Assembly (NCBI GenBank): GCA_012295275.1
Contig: CM022668.1
Coordinates: 3,720,001-3,784,000 of the forward strand
Direction of reading: 5' to 3'
Source of the DNA: Chrysomallon squamiferum
Lineage: Eukaryota > Animalia > Mollusca
Length of the DNA stretch: 64,000 nt
A program made the position numbers and the translations under genes. Every line of letters begins with the position of its first letter. Position 1 is the stretch's first letter. The notes beneath the pieces are model-generated. The model was given only the letters and a program-made list of their open reading frames with translations. It was not told the origin of the DNA and did no database searches. Positions 1-15,937 of this stretch are shown here, one piece after another.

Positions 1-200
1 AATGCTGTTTAATAGTTTTTATTTCTTGTCCAGCCATCTAGCCTTGAATTAGGAAAACGATATACGAATAAATATACAGCTGGATAACAAACAATTACGT
101 CTTTTTATTTCAGTATAACTGAGATATTTCCGAATATAAAATGTTCTTCATTGAAAAACATTTTCAAAATGAAATTAAAATTGTATCATTAGTTTATTTT

Positions 201-251
<51 letters not shown>

Positions 252-476
252 TGTGTTTGTGTCTATATATCTATGTGTATAATCTAGGTATAGGTATGTA
301 TGTATGTATTTGCCATATGTATTTTTATATGTACGAATGTATGTATGTATCTGTGTGCGTGTTTCTGTGAGTATGTGAATCACGTATGAATGGGAGATTA
401 ACTGAAATTTACTTAGATCAATAATTCTAATAACGGCTTGATTAAAATCTCCATCATAAAATATTTACAGTGTTTA

Positions 477-548
<72 letters not shown>

Positions 549-1009
549 AAATAAAGAAATAAAGAAATAAAGAAAGAAAGAAAGAAAGAAACACATAAAT
601 AAAAAAAATAATGTTTGAGAAATAAAAAGATGAGTTGAACTGAGCAGTGCATATTAAACTGTGACTTGTATCACTGTAAGGAGATGTCGCCCACGTCCCC
701 CGAGGGTAGAAGAAAACCCGAGTGGAAAATAAGAATGTAATGAACAGGGGTTTAATATAGACAGTGAAACATGTCTACAAGCAGTGCAAGGAAGCAGAAT
801 GATTTGAGAGGAACAAGACTCTTAGCACAGACTCAAACAACAGTAAAACTCTGAGTGAAGATTAATATAGAACTCAGCATCAAACATTAAACATCACATT
901 TTCATTAGAGATTTAACATCCAATTTAGAGATTTTAGATTATATTTAGAATAGAGATTTAATGTCAGATTTTTATTTATTTTTTATTATTATCATCATCA
1001 TCATCATCA

Positions 1010-1077
<68 letters not shown>

Positions 1078-1083
1078 TTATTT

Positions 1084-1118
<35 letters not shown>

Positions 1119-1414
1119 TAAAAATTTAAAAACAAACTGAGCAAAAATTTGGAATCAGATTTTGAGTAAAGATTTAATAAAAAAAAAGTTTGAAAAAAGA
1201 TTTATCATTATATTTTAATTAATGTGTCTGAATTAAAATTTAACAAGAAATATAACATGTGAGTTCATAGCTCCGGAAATAGATCATCTGTTTGTCAGGT
1301 AGAGCGGCTGAATGCAGCAGCTAAAACACGACTAAGAGTTTTGCTGTTTGACACGTGTTGACTGAACACAGCAAAAACAAACACACTAACGAGTTTTCTC
1401 TTTATGCTCGATAT

Positions 1415-1449
<35 letters not shown>

Positions 1450-2571
1450 TTTTATTTTATTTTATTTTATTTTATTTATTTATTTATTTATTTATTTATT
1501 CATTCATTCATTCATTCATTCATTCATTCATTCATTCATTTTATTTTATTTTATTTTATTTTATTTATTCATTTTAACTTTTTTTTTTTTGTTGTTTCTC
1601 TTAAGATTTATTTTTTCGAGGATTAGAACTGATATTTTCTTAATTTAAATTTTCAAATTTAATTTTAATTATACCATTATACAACAGAGAAAGTTAATTG
1701 TTGCAGAAATTATGAAAATTCCCTGAGACAGGTCTTAATATTATCAGCGTTTACCCAACTTAGTAAGTTTCACATACACGACGAATAAGAGATAAATAAA
1801 CTAAAGTGTGAGAAACAGGAGTTATTACACCGGTGAGCACACGTGAATGTTCAATGTGGTATTTTCTATCAAAACAATTTAAAGAAAGAAAGAAGTAAAA
1901 TTTGTTTAAATCTCTTTCTAGCATTACGAAGTATAAAATTAAAATACCGTACAATTACAAACTTCAAGTTCGTATAAATCAAAGTTTGACCCATTAAATT
2001 TGTTTTCTAAATATTGACTAAAGACAGTAAATTATAAATTATTATTCGTTAAAACTCGGGACAGATACGACATATCTATATACATCGCTGAGCTGAACAA
2101 CACAACAATATGTATACTAAGAATATTTCAGTTTTCATATTGTCTACGTGTAAAGTAATGTTTCGGAACCTACTGGAATAGCGAAAAGTAGCAATGTATT
2201 CACTAGTATATATTTTAAATCGGTAATATGATGAAGTATTTGGTTTATAAGACTGAAAGCTGTTTAAGATATGTAAGCAAACATTCAACCTTTAAGAAAA
2301 ACAATATATTTAAGATTTTAAACAGTTTAAGCAAGCAACAGAAATAATATAACTTTTTACTAATAACTTTTATGTTTTGATATTTTTTTTATCTATACGT
2401 CTATAGATTTATGTATAAAAATAGTTATTATGTATTAATGTACTGATCTCAAAGCTTACGACGAAAACAAATACAGAACTTCTTTAAAATATGATAACAG
2501 TAACAACTACAACCCATTATTGAAGCACGTAGTATGTAGACAAATAAAGAACAACAAAAGGTCCAGCCATC

Positions 2572-2640
<69 letters not shown>

Positions 2641-4214
2641 ACAAATAAATAAATAAATAAATAAAACAAAGAAATCATGAGTAAATAAAACAAACAAACA
2701 ATCTGATAAAAATAGAAGTAAAATGAATGTCATCCAGCTTTCTTGTTCTGGCTGTAACAGCCAGTGTTAATTAGCTTTGAGGCTTTTCATATAAATGTCG
2801 TCAAAGACGTGGCTGCAGCTTTATGAGATGAAACTGTTTATGACTGCTCGGGTGAGAAGAAAACGCTCGCTGTATGCTAGCAATTATGGCACATCAGGTG
2901 TTCTCTACACGATCCTGTATGAATGAGCAGCCCTCTTATTAAAAATGTCGCCCATAAAAACACAGATGTGTTTATCACAACGTGACTAGAACGCTGATAA
3001 AAATACTTTAACATAAAATTTTAAGTTTGTCTGGAAATAAGTGGAACTTTTATCACCACTTTTATATTTAGTTAATATCTGTGTGTATTTTGTCTTACAT
3101 GATACAGACGAGTAGATTACAACAGACAAAAAAATTCAGTTAATTTAGAATTATAAAAAAGATGTCAGTGTGCTATTACACATTATAGACACATTACACA
3201 AGCAGGTACACACACAAGTATACACACAGATAGATCTGTGCAAAAAATAGATCAAACTTGTTTAAATATTTTAAAATAGAAAGGTATTGTATTACAATCT
3301 TTGTTGCTAGCCTACAAGAGAATAATTATTAGTGGATTTTATCTTTAGTGTCGTAATTATATAAAACTCGTTAATAATTAATATTAGAATAAGTTGATAT
3401 GTGGTTAAATCTCAACTATAGATTGTCGTAGATTGTATCAGAGCTCATTCATATGTGTAACATGAGCTGGTTTGATTGGGAAACTGATGTTGGTCGAAGG
3501 ACATTAACTTTTTTATTGAAACATTGAGAAGTGACATGTGCAAATTACCTACAGAAACTGAGCGCAAGCATTTATTTTTGTTGTGACAGACGCTAACTCA
3601 TTTGTGTGCAGCTGTTTTATTTATTTATTATTACTATTTTAATCTTTTAAATACCTGCATTTATCTAACGATGAATTTTCGCCTGCAGTATTCAAAAACC
3701 AACATAAATAAGAAACGTTGTTTCCTGTTTCGCATTCTCGCGTGTTTTTGCGAGATTATCCTGACACAGACAGTGATTGTATCTTGGTCATAGGTCAGCG
3801 GCTGCCAGGCTAAGCTGCCGCCATAACTCAGGTAGCGAGATTTATGTTTTTTCTTGATAGCCTCGTTCAGACGCATTAACAATGTCAGTGGAGAAAAATG
3901 CGTCTCGTAAAACGTTTAAATTATTTGGAAAAACGTTAGATTTTTTTCTTGTCAACACTTCTCGAACGTTTGATATATTTTCTATACTCACCTATTAGAT
4001 GTTAAATCTCGGGTGCAATTACCTCTACATTTTTATCCAGTAAAAACAAAAGCAAGGGATTATTTTGTAAGACTTTTCCAGAGATAGCTCACACCTCGTT
4101 TTTATTTTTATTTTATTTTTTTGTTTATTTTTTTTTGATATACCGATAATAAAAGACCAGTTTTAAAACTCGCTACATCAGCCGCTTTGAAGCATACAGT
4201 TATTGCTACAAGTC

Positions 4215-4265
<51 letters not shown>

Positions 4266-4346
4266 TTTAATCGAGGTTTTTTAATACGCTTTTTCCTTCT
4301 TCATATCTGAATCTCTTCGTATAGGTCATTTTCAGAAAATATTTTG

Positions 4347-4378
<32 letters not shown>

Positions 4379-5860
4379 ACTATATATATATATATATAGA
4401 GAGATAGTAGCTATTATGTCCAAATTAGTGTGAACGACAAATGAAAACACGAGTAGGCTGCGAATTAAAGTATTCATAGAAATATTTCATACATCGTGTA
4501 CACTGACTACACAAACACTTTTATTGTTGTTATTCTGTGTTTGTACTACTCATTAAACATATATAAACGTATTTCACGCCTCTTAACATTATAACATGGT
4601 CATGTGTTCCTCGACAATGGAAAGTAACGCCTTTTCTCATTGGCCGGTGACAGCCGCACATTCAGCCTAACGACAACGCATGAAAGAGATTCGCTGTAAT
4701 GCGTCTCGCACCACGTGACCGCTTTATACCAACAGACACAAAGACAAACATAAAATTGATCTGGGACAACGGAAAATATGTTTTAGATGTGTCAAACACC
4801 TTTCTGCAAAAAAAGACAGTAATAAATATTAAAGTTCAAAGGTTAACCCACTCTCCAGTGACAATGCTGGTCTTCGTAAAAGGTAAAATGTTCTAGAAGA
4901 TTCCTAGCTTTAAATACGCAGTAAGATGCAGAACAAACACGTTGACTGTACGGGGTGGAAAGTATTTCAACTGCAACGAAATATAAATACAAAAACTTCC
5001 TTCAAGTTTGGATTTTGATTTTGATTTTTTTCTTTTAAGTTTAAAATTAAATATGTCTTTTCCTTCTGATTGTACAAGTGTATGAGTGCATCGATGTATG
5101 TATGTACGTATGTATGTATGTATGTATATATGCATGCATGTATGTATGTATGTATATACGTATTATGTATGAAATATATTTGTATATGTGTATGTATGTT
5201 TTTATGTATGTATGTATGTATGTTTGTCTGTGTATATATATATATATATCGTTTCCTTTTCTTTCCTTCAGCAAGAAATTACTTTTAAATATGATCGTGA
5301 AAACATTAACATGGTATTTTCTTGTTCGTGTCTATATTGTCTATTTAAATAAATCGCATAGTGAAATATGCTAAAACATTGGTGTAAAGTGTTTTCTGTC
5401 TGGCGTAGCTCCAAATCAGGTGCACATAATTCTTCAAATACGCGAGAAAGCCGCCGATAAAAGTGACTTGTTGAAACATATTTGATCAGCACTGGGCTAT
5501 AACTAAATAATAAATAATACAAAATATTATAAAATTTTATGTATCAGAATAAAAAAATATTGTGAACACGTGTTCGACAAATATTGTAATCTGTTACCTA
5601 TTTATTTGTTAAGAATCAAAACAAGTGTGCACTAGTCTTATAGCTAGGATTAATTTAAAAAAAAAAAATTATACAAAGCACAAGACGCACGTACTGAATT
5701 GCAATATACATATGATACACATCTTTTTAGCGTTTCAGTGAGTACAGTTGTTTTACTGTGGTATGTGCTATCCTGTCTGTAGGAGAAAACTCTCTGTTAA
5801 TCAACAAGACGCACAGGAACAGCGGTCTTCTCTAGCAAACAAGAAAAAAACACTTTATAT

Positions 5861-6194
<334 letters not shown>

Positions 6195-6349
6195 TACACA
6201 AACACACACAAACACACTCAAGACCAGACGGAAAACACAAAGCTGAAACCTGCCTGATCTTGTCTGGAGAAAGAAAGAAACAAATGGTATGACAAACATG
6301 AAAATAATGTGAACTTTATTCAGTATGCTGTAGCAATTATATATTGTCT

Positions 6350-6444
<95 letters not shown>

Positions 6445-6823
6445 TAATCATTATTATTATTTATAAGTTTGGAAAAGAATTTGAAAAAAAAGAAAAGAAA
6501 CTGAGATTTGTTCCGCTTGATAATTTCAAAAACATCATTTCTTTTTGTCTCTTTTCTCTTTCTTCCTGTGTGTCTGCCAGTTTTTCTATCTACCCGCTGT
6601 CTATGTATCTATCTATCTGTCTGTCTCTCTATCTAATTATTTATAGCTCTTGACTGTAATAAATTCACGAGTATTCATTTCGTTGTTGCCTACAAATACA
6701 ACATACACATAAAAACAAAACAGTTCTTAAATTACAACAAATTTATATCCTCAAATGAAATCTCTTTTCGAAATGGTCTCTTTGGATGCAAATCAGCAAT
6801 TAAACACTAAAGAAATAACTTTG

Positions 6824-6882
<59 letters not shown>

Positions 6883-7690
6883 CGAAATAAGTACAGTTGT
6901 GATCCAAAAATCTATATTTTTTGCCTGAAAATAAAGAGATTTATCTACTTGTGTCACTTGATGTAGTGATTGCGAACTACAGCGTCAGTAATAACACATA
7001 CATCAACGACAACTCCAACATAATTCAGCCATTAAAAGTATCATTAACAGTTATTTACAATTTCATTACGAATTTCATCACATCTTTACACTCTGCTCCT
7101 TTTTTAATTATTCTGTTTCAGTTTGGCACTTCCGGTATGCCAGCGGTTCCGAGGCGGAATAAATTACTTGTAATTACTTATTAATTGTCTTTCCGCTCCC
7201 TCTTTCACACAAAACTTAATTTTGTACAGTTTTCAAGTGATATCACATGTAAAAAGTTGATTTTGATTTATATAAGACAAATAATGAAGTTTTAAACTAT
7301 TTTGCATTTACCACATCGGTATACTGTCTTTGTTTGTTCTGTATATATTTATTTATGAGACTGTTTCTCTATATCGTTATATGTGTGTGTTTATTATATA
7401 TTTATGTGCACGATTTTTCATCTCAAAATATCATGTGTTTTGCTGTTGTTGTTGTTTTATTTTCATCATATCTCTACAGACGCTGTTTTGGGTTGTTTCT
7501 CCGTGATGTTTGAGATGTAACAGTTGTAACTTGGTAGACCTTACAATCCACGTCTGAATTAGCTATTGGTTTTAATGATTAACAGACATTTCCAGTTGTG
7601 CATTGTAAACACATACGCACAGACAGAATGATGAACAGGTCCACTGATATATAGATACATATATACATACATACGTGTTACGTACGTACA

Positions 7691-7762
<72 letters not shown>

Positions 7763-9212
7763 AACAAACATGGAAAAACAAACATACATAGTAGTATCTA
7801 GTTACATAACTACTTCATACACATACACAGATACGCACATATATATATATATACACACGCACACATAATCGATATAATCATACATGCATACGTACAAACA
7901 TGCATACATGAAAACACACAGACACACATACACAAACACGCACGCACGCACACACACATACAAACATATACAATGTCTCTTTAAACTAAATTTATTTACT
8001 AAGTCTGGATAATAAAACGTCTGGAATTAAACCTGCACTTAAATGTATGAGACAAACCTTCCTTTTTGCCTAGCTCAGTGAACAATTATTGAATTGAGAA
8101 TTTGTGCTCACTTATATAACTGTAGTAGGCGCTGTGACCCGTGCAATCTGATCTGAGTAAACCCTGTAAAATATCGACTCTCAAATCTGTCAGTGTACAC
8201 AAGGTGAAAATTAAATATAGATTCTTTATTCCACTGACAGACGTTTTATAGTGTTGTATTGTCTATTTAAATTTTATTCAGAATTTATCTTTATTTTATG
8301 GTCATTGACTGTGTATTTATTTATTTTTTATTTACGCGTTTAGGAATGAATATTCTCTGGCTTATTTAAATCTGATCTGACTCTGCACATAGACAGTTTT
8401 CGGTAACACATTGACACAAACATCATTGACGAGACTCGAACATATGACAGTCTAATTTTTCTTCTGAAGGGAAACAGATGACGACACAATTGATAGAAAG
8501 TTTTATCAAGTTTGATATAATATTTTTCTTCTTTTTCATTAAATCTCTCCTTTTGTTGGTCAAAGTTTTAAATCGATGCAAGATGAGATAAATAAAAAAT
8601 AAAACAACATCTCTGTCTGTCTGTTATTTTAACACAGCAAGTCACTTCACGAATAATAAAAACACAGCATAAACCTTGATCTCGTCACTGAGAAACATGC
8701 ATATATGTATTTGTGATTTGTGTGTATGTATTATGATTTGTACACTGTGTAGATACATTTGTATGAGTCAAGGGAAGGGCCGGGTACAGCAGACAAGGAA
8801 GGTGTAAAATATGTGGGTAGGACAGGCAAACGTAATTCTCGAGTATCAGAAATATTAAATAAAACATAACTCAGTGACCGACAGTCACAAGCGATACAAA
8901 TCACTAACTTAGAAAATCACACAGCAAATGTTTATGTAAATTACAGAAAGTGTTCTGTTTGGAATGGGAAAAAATCAGATTTTTGATTGCATAACGTGTA
9001 GAGAAATCATGGCGGTGAAGTTAAGTATGTTTAGGTTTTTGTTGTCAACTTTCTCACAACGCATTCAATCAATAGCTCATTATTAAATTCTTATAGCATA
9101 CAAGCCTATCTTTGAAAATAATTTTGCATAGAAACGTACAAAATGTATAAGAATAGATAAAGTAAAATCATAATACAAAAAAAGATATATGTATAATGAA
9201 CATGTACATGTC

Positions 9213-9218
9213 TATGTC

Positions 9219-9259
<41 letters not shown>

Positions 9260-9266
9260 TTATGTT

Positions 9267-9305
<39 letters not shown>

Positions 9306-9306
9306 A

Positions 9307-9347
<41 letters not shown>

Positions 9348-9348
9348 A

Positions 9349-9407
<59 letters not shown>

Positions 9408-9432
9408 ATATATATATGTATATGTATATGTT

Positions 9433-9465
<33 letters not shown>

Positions 9466-9488
9466 ATATGTATATGTATATGTATATG
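9213..9488. repeat. (TATATG)n hexanucleotide microsatellite
   Basis: Seen directly. Confidence 0.95.
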
Positions 9489-10444
9489 AATTAAATACAA
9501 CTCTGTCCCCGAGAGCTATATTTTTTGTCAGGGCCCGAAATATAGAAATTTATTTAATAATATCTTACAACTATGTACAGTGATATATTCCTTTGAAAAG
9601 AATACTGATATTACTAATATATATAAGCTTGTATAACATGGAACAGTGTAAATAATTCTTACCTGTGAATATACAAACTGTTATCTATAAGGAAAGTAAC
9701 AGTGAATAATATTATTACTTGAGTGCACTGACAAACAACTATTATTTAAAGTAATAAATGCAGTTCTTACCTCTGTAGGTAATGACATATCTTCACGCTA
9801 TGGCGTTATCCCATTCTGACCCGTTAATATTCCACAAATATCTGAACAATCTGTACAGTCACAAATAGAACGCATTTAACTTATATACTTTTTATTTTTT
9901 TATATCTCTTTAATTGAACGAATCTCCTCTGTCACTGCAGTACGCACGTACCGAAAACTAATAGCACAGTTATTACTAGATTGACGTTGGCGTAGTTCAT
10001 GTCATTGACAGTGTCACATCGACAGCGTAGTCCAGACAGAGGCTGATGAAAACATAATAAAGAATACAAAACTATCCACCTATGTTTGTCTGTCACGTTG
10101 AAACAATCACTGGAGAGCGAAACTTCACACAACGAGGCGAGAGCATGTTACGAACACAAACAGCTCTGTAGACTCGTATACGTAGAGCAAACAGATCAAA
10201 CCGCTGTCTTTAGTGAATCGTCTCAAAGCCGTACACAACGACTCGTTATTTTCCTCATTGGCTCTTCAGAATCACAATACACACAGCTTGCTCTAGTAGG
10301 GGGTAAAAAAAAACAACAACAACATATATATACATATACAGTGAGAAAGAAAGGAGAAAAGGAAAAAGGATGGAAAACTAATTGTTGACGATTAAGTTAA
10401 ATTAGTGTTTATTCATATTACAGATTACCTTTGCACGATAAACC

Positions 10445-10482
<38 letters not shown>

Positions 10483-13110
10483 ATCTCTTACGTGAAATAA
10501 ACTTATACATTACCATGCACTGACAGATAAACGTGGACACTTAATGTATAGAAAATATAACATAACACTGAATTTTACAGGTACATTATATACGAGAAAA
10601 TTATATTTTGAGTTTTTACCAAGAATCTGTCTAACCATTTTTGCAAATATATATATATAATATATAATATATAATATGTAATATATAAACAGCGGCTATG
10701 AAAAAACATATATTTAAACTATTTGTTAAAAGCGGGGAAGTCTTTGTAAGCACTACAGTTTCGTGTAAATTATATATTAATTACAATATTTATTTTATTT
10801 CTGTGGAATGCATTTTATTCTACAGTTATTATACTAATCACAGAACTATTTTACAAATATTTATCCGACCATTTCGAGATTTATATTTTTGACTTAGGAA
10901 ATAGTAAACTTATGCTTTCTGTGCAGTAGCAGAATTAAAACACTGACAGTGGTGATCGGTGGATTATGGAGGAAATTACTAAATGTGACAGACTAATCAA
11001 TACATTTTAACTCTAAGGTTCAAATGATAGTTTTAACATTAAAAAAAGAAAAGAAAAGAAGACATATATCTGATTACAGAGTTTATCTTTAAAAAAAAAA
11101 CAACTAAAAAAAGTATTGTTATCAAATTGTAAACATTTCACATAAATATTTATTATGTTGTTTACCATGTAATCGAGATTTTAAAAGAAAAAAGTTTTGT
11201 TAAAGTTTTGTCAGATTGTTCCTACAAACAAAAAAAGAGTTAAAATTAAACACCTCAGCCCGATAAAAGTCATAACTAACTCGATTTTATTTATTTTATT
11301 TTATTTTATTTTATTTATTTATTTATTTATGTTTTAAAAATCTATACATATACATGGGAATCATTACGGCAAAGTAAGGTAAATGAAGAGTTTAACGATA
11401 AAATCTAAATATTACTCATTTAAGAACATTTTTAATTCTGCATCGTGTATGTGTGTGTAATTAGAACTGACCGACTAAAGAATGATAAACAGTAAACACC
11501 AGGACTCAGTCTGCTTAGTACTTTTCTACATATAATTTTTATTTCGTTACGTTTAATACAAGCCTATTTTTAATTAAATAAGCGACACAACACTTCTAAC
11601 TTTGTTTCGTATCTAACTTTTGTTTGCTCTAGTGTATTGTGTATATGTGGGATTGTGTGTGTGTATATATACAGGTATGTTATGTACATACATGTTTGTA
11701 GCATGAATGTATATTATACTACCTCTCGACCACGCATTGAAAGAAAATAATAAAAAGAAATCATAAAATATGTTGTGTCACTCTGATCTTTTTACTTACT
11801 TATTTACTTGCCTATTTATTTATTGTTCATTTTGTGTTTGTATGTTAAAGAATACTTCAGTTATATTTTTTATATGACAATATTCTTCCAGTAAACATTA
11901 ATCTTGAATTACATATTCATAAAAAATAAATAAATAAATAAATACAAATTTACATATTTTTATCTTATGTAATACCTTAAATAATTGAGCAAATAAAAAA
12001 GTTCATTTTATTTAAAACATTAAAATACCAGTCTGCATAGGATAATAATAGGAAAGTAACTGTATACTTAGCAGCTTCATTTTTTTTCTTGGGTACTGTG
12101 GCCTGAATACATCAAATAAAAAATTAAACATTTTTATAAATAAATAAATAGATATATAGATAGATAAATAAATAAATAGATATATAGATAGATAAATAAA
12201 TAACTACCCAGTTCACTGGTGAATACGAAACAGTGAAATTTGACGACTTTGTAGAGGTCGTACACGGATTAGTTGTCAGAAGTTAAATGAAGACGCTGGC
12301 TTCTTCTTCAGCCTGAGACAGACTAGCTCGAGGTCTTGTTGCGCAACTCATCAAATCCTCTTTTCATACAAACTTTAACGAAATCTTCTCACACAGTGAG
12401 AACAGGAAGAAAAAAACTACTTTCATTTGGTTATCAAGGATGTAGTCCACATTCTGATAGAGTATGAGAAGTTAGTATTTTAATTATTCTAACAAAACAC
12501 GAACTTTTATAGTACTTTAAACAAGAACAAAATCCTTGAATGTAATAGAAAGTAGTAATAGCATTGGTATTAATTCTAGTACTGTTACTAGTTGCACAGT
12601 AGTAGCTGTTGCTGCAGAGCGGTAATACTAATAATGATATTTGTGTTATTTTTAGTGTTGCTGTTGTTCTTATTATTATTATTAATGGTGACGATAATAA
12701 ATGTTAGAGTATGTATCTATGTGTGTGTGTACACATATGTATACAACACACATGCATACACACCTCACACACGTGTTGATAGTCGTCCGCCTTGGGGTGA
12801 CATCTCACGCGGTTTATGAGGTTGTCATAGAATTTTGTCCTCCTATGCCAATGCGTTCCGAATATTGTCTATGCGCAGAATCTAATCAGATATTCACAAG
12901 ACAGAGAATATCGTTATCCTAAAATACATAATACTTACATATATGCATACATACACATATACACAAACAAAGAAATAGAAACATAGAATAATATTTCAAT
13001 TTATCTTTATTCCACTGTTTTAAGTTTTCATAGAATTACTTCATATTTTTATATCATTCACATCTGCCGTTATATTAAAATTATAGAGTAATTTCTACAT
13101 GAGACTGGCT

Positions 13111-13113
<3 letters not shown>

Positions 13114-13206
<93 letters not shown>

Positions 13207-13596
13207 AGTCTCTCTCTCTGTCTCTCTCTCTCTGTGTGTCTCTCTCTCTCTCTGTCTCTCTCTCTCTGTGTCTCTCTCTGTGTGTGTCTCTCTCTCTGTC
13301 TCTCTCTCTGTGTGTCTCTCTCTCTGTCTCTCTCTCTGTGTCTCTCTCTGTCTCTCTCTCTATCTCTCTCTCTGTCTCTCTCTCTCTGTGTGTGTCTCTC
13401 TCTCTGTCTCTCTCTCTATCTCTCTCTCTGTCTCTCTCTCTGTGTGTCTCTCTCTCTGTCTCTCTCTCTGTCTCTCTCTCTGTGTGTCTCTCTCTCTCTG
13501 TCTCTCTCTCTATCTCTCTCTCTGTCTCTCTCTCTGTGTGTGTCTCTCTCTCTGTCTCTCTCTCTGTGTCTCTCTCTCTGTCTCTGTCTCTCTCTG

Positions 13597-13634
<38 letters not shown>
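13114..13634. repeat. (CT)n/(CTGT)n compound microsatellite, ~520 bp
   Basis: Seen directly. Confidence 0.95.
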
Positions 13635-13637
<3 letters not shown>

Positions 13638-13775
13638 TATAATTTGACATAATTTGATATATACATATGCAGTAGAGTAAAAGTAATGAATTATATAATA
13701 ACATGTTAATAGACGAGTGTTTGTTATTGTTATCATCATCATCATTACTACTATTATTATTATTATTGTTATTAG
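13635..13775 (-). repeat. Inverted copy of nAChR-A intron 3 segment (~18000-18135)
   Basis: AATTTGACATAATTTGATATATAC...AGACGAGTGTTTGTTATTGTTATCATCATC matches the reverse complement of 18040-18129 with a few substitutions and one small indel. Confidence 0.9.
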
Positions 13776-14607
13776 TATTATTACTATCATTATTATTATT
13801 ATTATTATTGTTGTTGTTGTTTATTTATTATGACGATGTGAACACAGCATTGTTTATTATATACAATTTGCCAAGAAATGTGCCAAAACTCCCAGTTTCA
13901 TCTCGACTTTAACCTATTACATTTTTCATGTAATTATATTTTCTCACCAGCTGAATTTCTAGATATATCAGTATAAATCTAAGTGGTTAGATTCAGGTCT
14001 TAGATGACACAGATAACTGAAAATATCTTTTTCTTCTGCCCAAAAGCTACAGCAAGTTTCCCAAAAGCCGTTCTACATTCAGTTTATGACAAAAGATACC
14101 TTGCTGCTAGTAGATAAGAGTGATACTTGAAGTGCTACAGCGGTTTTTCATCGTCATTAGTAAAAGCTGTTTAAACTACGGACAGGTATCATTAAATAGA
14201 AAACATTTTTTCATTTACTTATTTCAACACACCAAGAAACACTTTACACACGAGTGAGAGGAACCACCTGTCCTTATCTTTTTCTTTTATCTCGTTTAAT
14301 ATTAAAACTTCCGCTGAGCTGCAATCTCCAGATATAAATTGTGTCAGTGTTTTCTTTGATACGTGAATAGAGGTTCACAATTTTAACATAACAGTGGAGC
14401 TAGTAACCAGCCTTACGTGGGGTGTTTGGGTAATCTTAAATTTCTGTAATGTAATGTTGTTCTTCTTTTCTGTGCGTGTGTACTTTGAACAATTTAAATA
14501 TTCATCAGACGTTTGACCAGTGTTATGACGACATTATTCTATTGTTATTTCACTTGTGGCATTGGTTGACAAATTGTGTGAGGTTAATGAGAGGATGTCA
14601 GTCAGGA

Positions 14608-15342
14608 GGTTCCACCCCATTTGTCAGAATCCCATTTGTCAGACACCAATTTGTTAGACAGTTTGTGAGACAGTGTAATTTGTTTGATTGGCTGGCCTCA
14701 CTGTTGCTATAATGGGATTCCCAAAGAGCAAAGAAGGGTTCCACAGAGGCTGAACGAGCAACTGTGTCACCGCCTGGTGAACATTCTCAAGAAGATCGAG
14801 AAGTCAAAGCTCGTTCAGCTGAACTTCCGTGCCGCTCCTCCATCCCGCTGATCCATCACGCTCCTCCATCCCGCAAGCGAGTCTAAGGGAGATCGACAAC
14901 CGCCTCAGCCGCCTCCGCCGCCTCCGCCGCCTCAGCCGCCTCAAGGACCAGCTTGACCGAGGAACCAAGACCCGTCTTCAGTTCCTGGATGCAGTGGCGA
15001 AACTGGTTAAAGTGGGCTGGACTGAACTGTTGACAACAAAATGTCGAAAATATTCACCGCCATCATGAACTTATGCGAACTTATAGTGGTGTTCTCTAGA
15101 CTGTATTAACTTATTTTAACTTTATTTAACTGTAAATTCTGTTAAGCAAACTTATAGTGCAGTGCTCTAGACAATGTAAATTATTAAATTATGCTTTATG
15201 TTATGCGGACTTATAGTTCTATTATTTTTCTTAGCCGTGCCCATTATTCACATAGATAATGGGCTAGAGGTTATCTGGGTGTCTGACAAATGGGGTTCTG
15301 ACAAATGGGGGGTCTGGTGGGTCTGACAAATGGAGGTACACC
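14608..15342 (+). mobile_element. Internally deleted Mutator-like (MULE) DNA transposon relic
   Basis: Inverted termini begin GGT and carry a reiterated CCATTTGTCAGA motif (left about 14608-14670; right TCTGACAAATGG x3 at about 15283-15342). The interior 14733-15020 gives frameshifted peptides EGFH/RLNEQL/LVNILKKIE/RKRV.REIDNRLSRLKDQLDRGTKTRLQFLDAVAKLV, resembling the C-terminus of invertebrate MULE transposases. No TSD recognised. Confidence 0.7.
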
Positions 15343-15350
15343 GAAATACG

Positions 15351-15937
15351 TTAAGGTAACTCTTCTGTGTATTTGATGCCGGGGATTATGACGAGGACGA
15401 CGAGGGTGAAGGTGATGGTGATGAGTAGAAATATCCAGAACATTAACCTGTCGATGACGAGCGCCACCTGCTTCCACTCGTCATGCATCTCACACTCCTT
15501 GTCCTCCTCCTCCGCCTTCTCCAAGATCAGTTTCAAGTATTTCAGCAGCTCCTCCACGCCGCGACTCGTTTTCTCGTACAGACTCGCGCAGCTGTCAGGC
15601 GACGAGCCGCGCTTTGAAACGCTCCTCCTCGCAGGACGATAATCCAAGTTCAGATTCTCGTTCACGTGACCACATCGTGAGATCTGACGAGCGTCTCCTA
15701 TGAGTCGCGTGCAGACCTCGCCCTGCTCGTTGTACTTGACGGGTGTGACGCCAGTGCTGGCTGTTTTACCTCGGCACCAACTACACTGGACAACCTTCGC
15801 CAAGTACCCGAGAATGCAGACTTGGATCCAGTGTGGTACAGCAGTCTGGTCCGGGGGACAGTGGTGTAATTTCATCACGAGCACTGACACTATCACAGAT
15901 ATAGAAGCCACCGCCATTGACAATGTTAAATAGATTT
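15351..15937 (-). CDS. nAChR-A exon 6 (M3, cytoplasmic loop, M4, stop)
   Basis: TTTCAG acceptor; IYLTLSMAVASISVIVSVLVMKLHH...EWKQVALVIDRLMFWIF; TAA at 15351-15353. Confidence 0.95.

Noticed and set aside
4632-4645. CCAAT-box-like TTCTCATTGGC (similar motif at about 10252-10262)
   Set aside because: A short motif with no linked gene or TSS evidence.
14829-15068. 79-aa ORF as an independent gene
   Set aside because: It is a fragment of the degenerate transposase inside the Mutator-like relic and begins at GTG.
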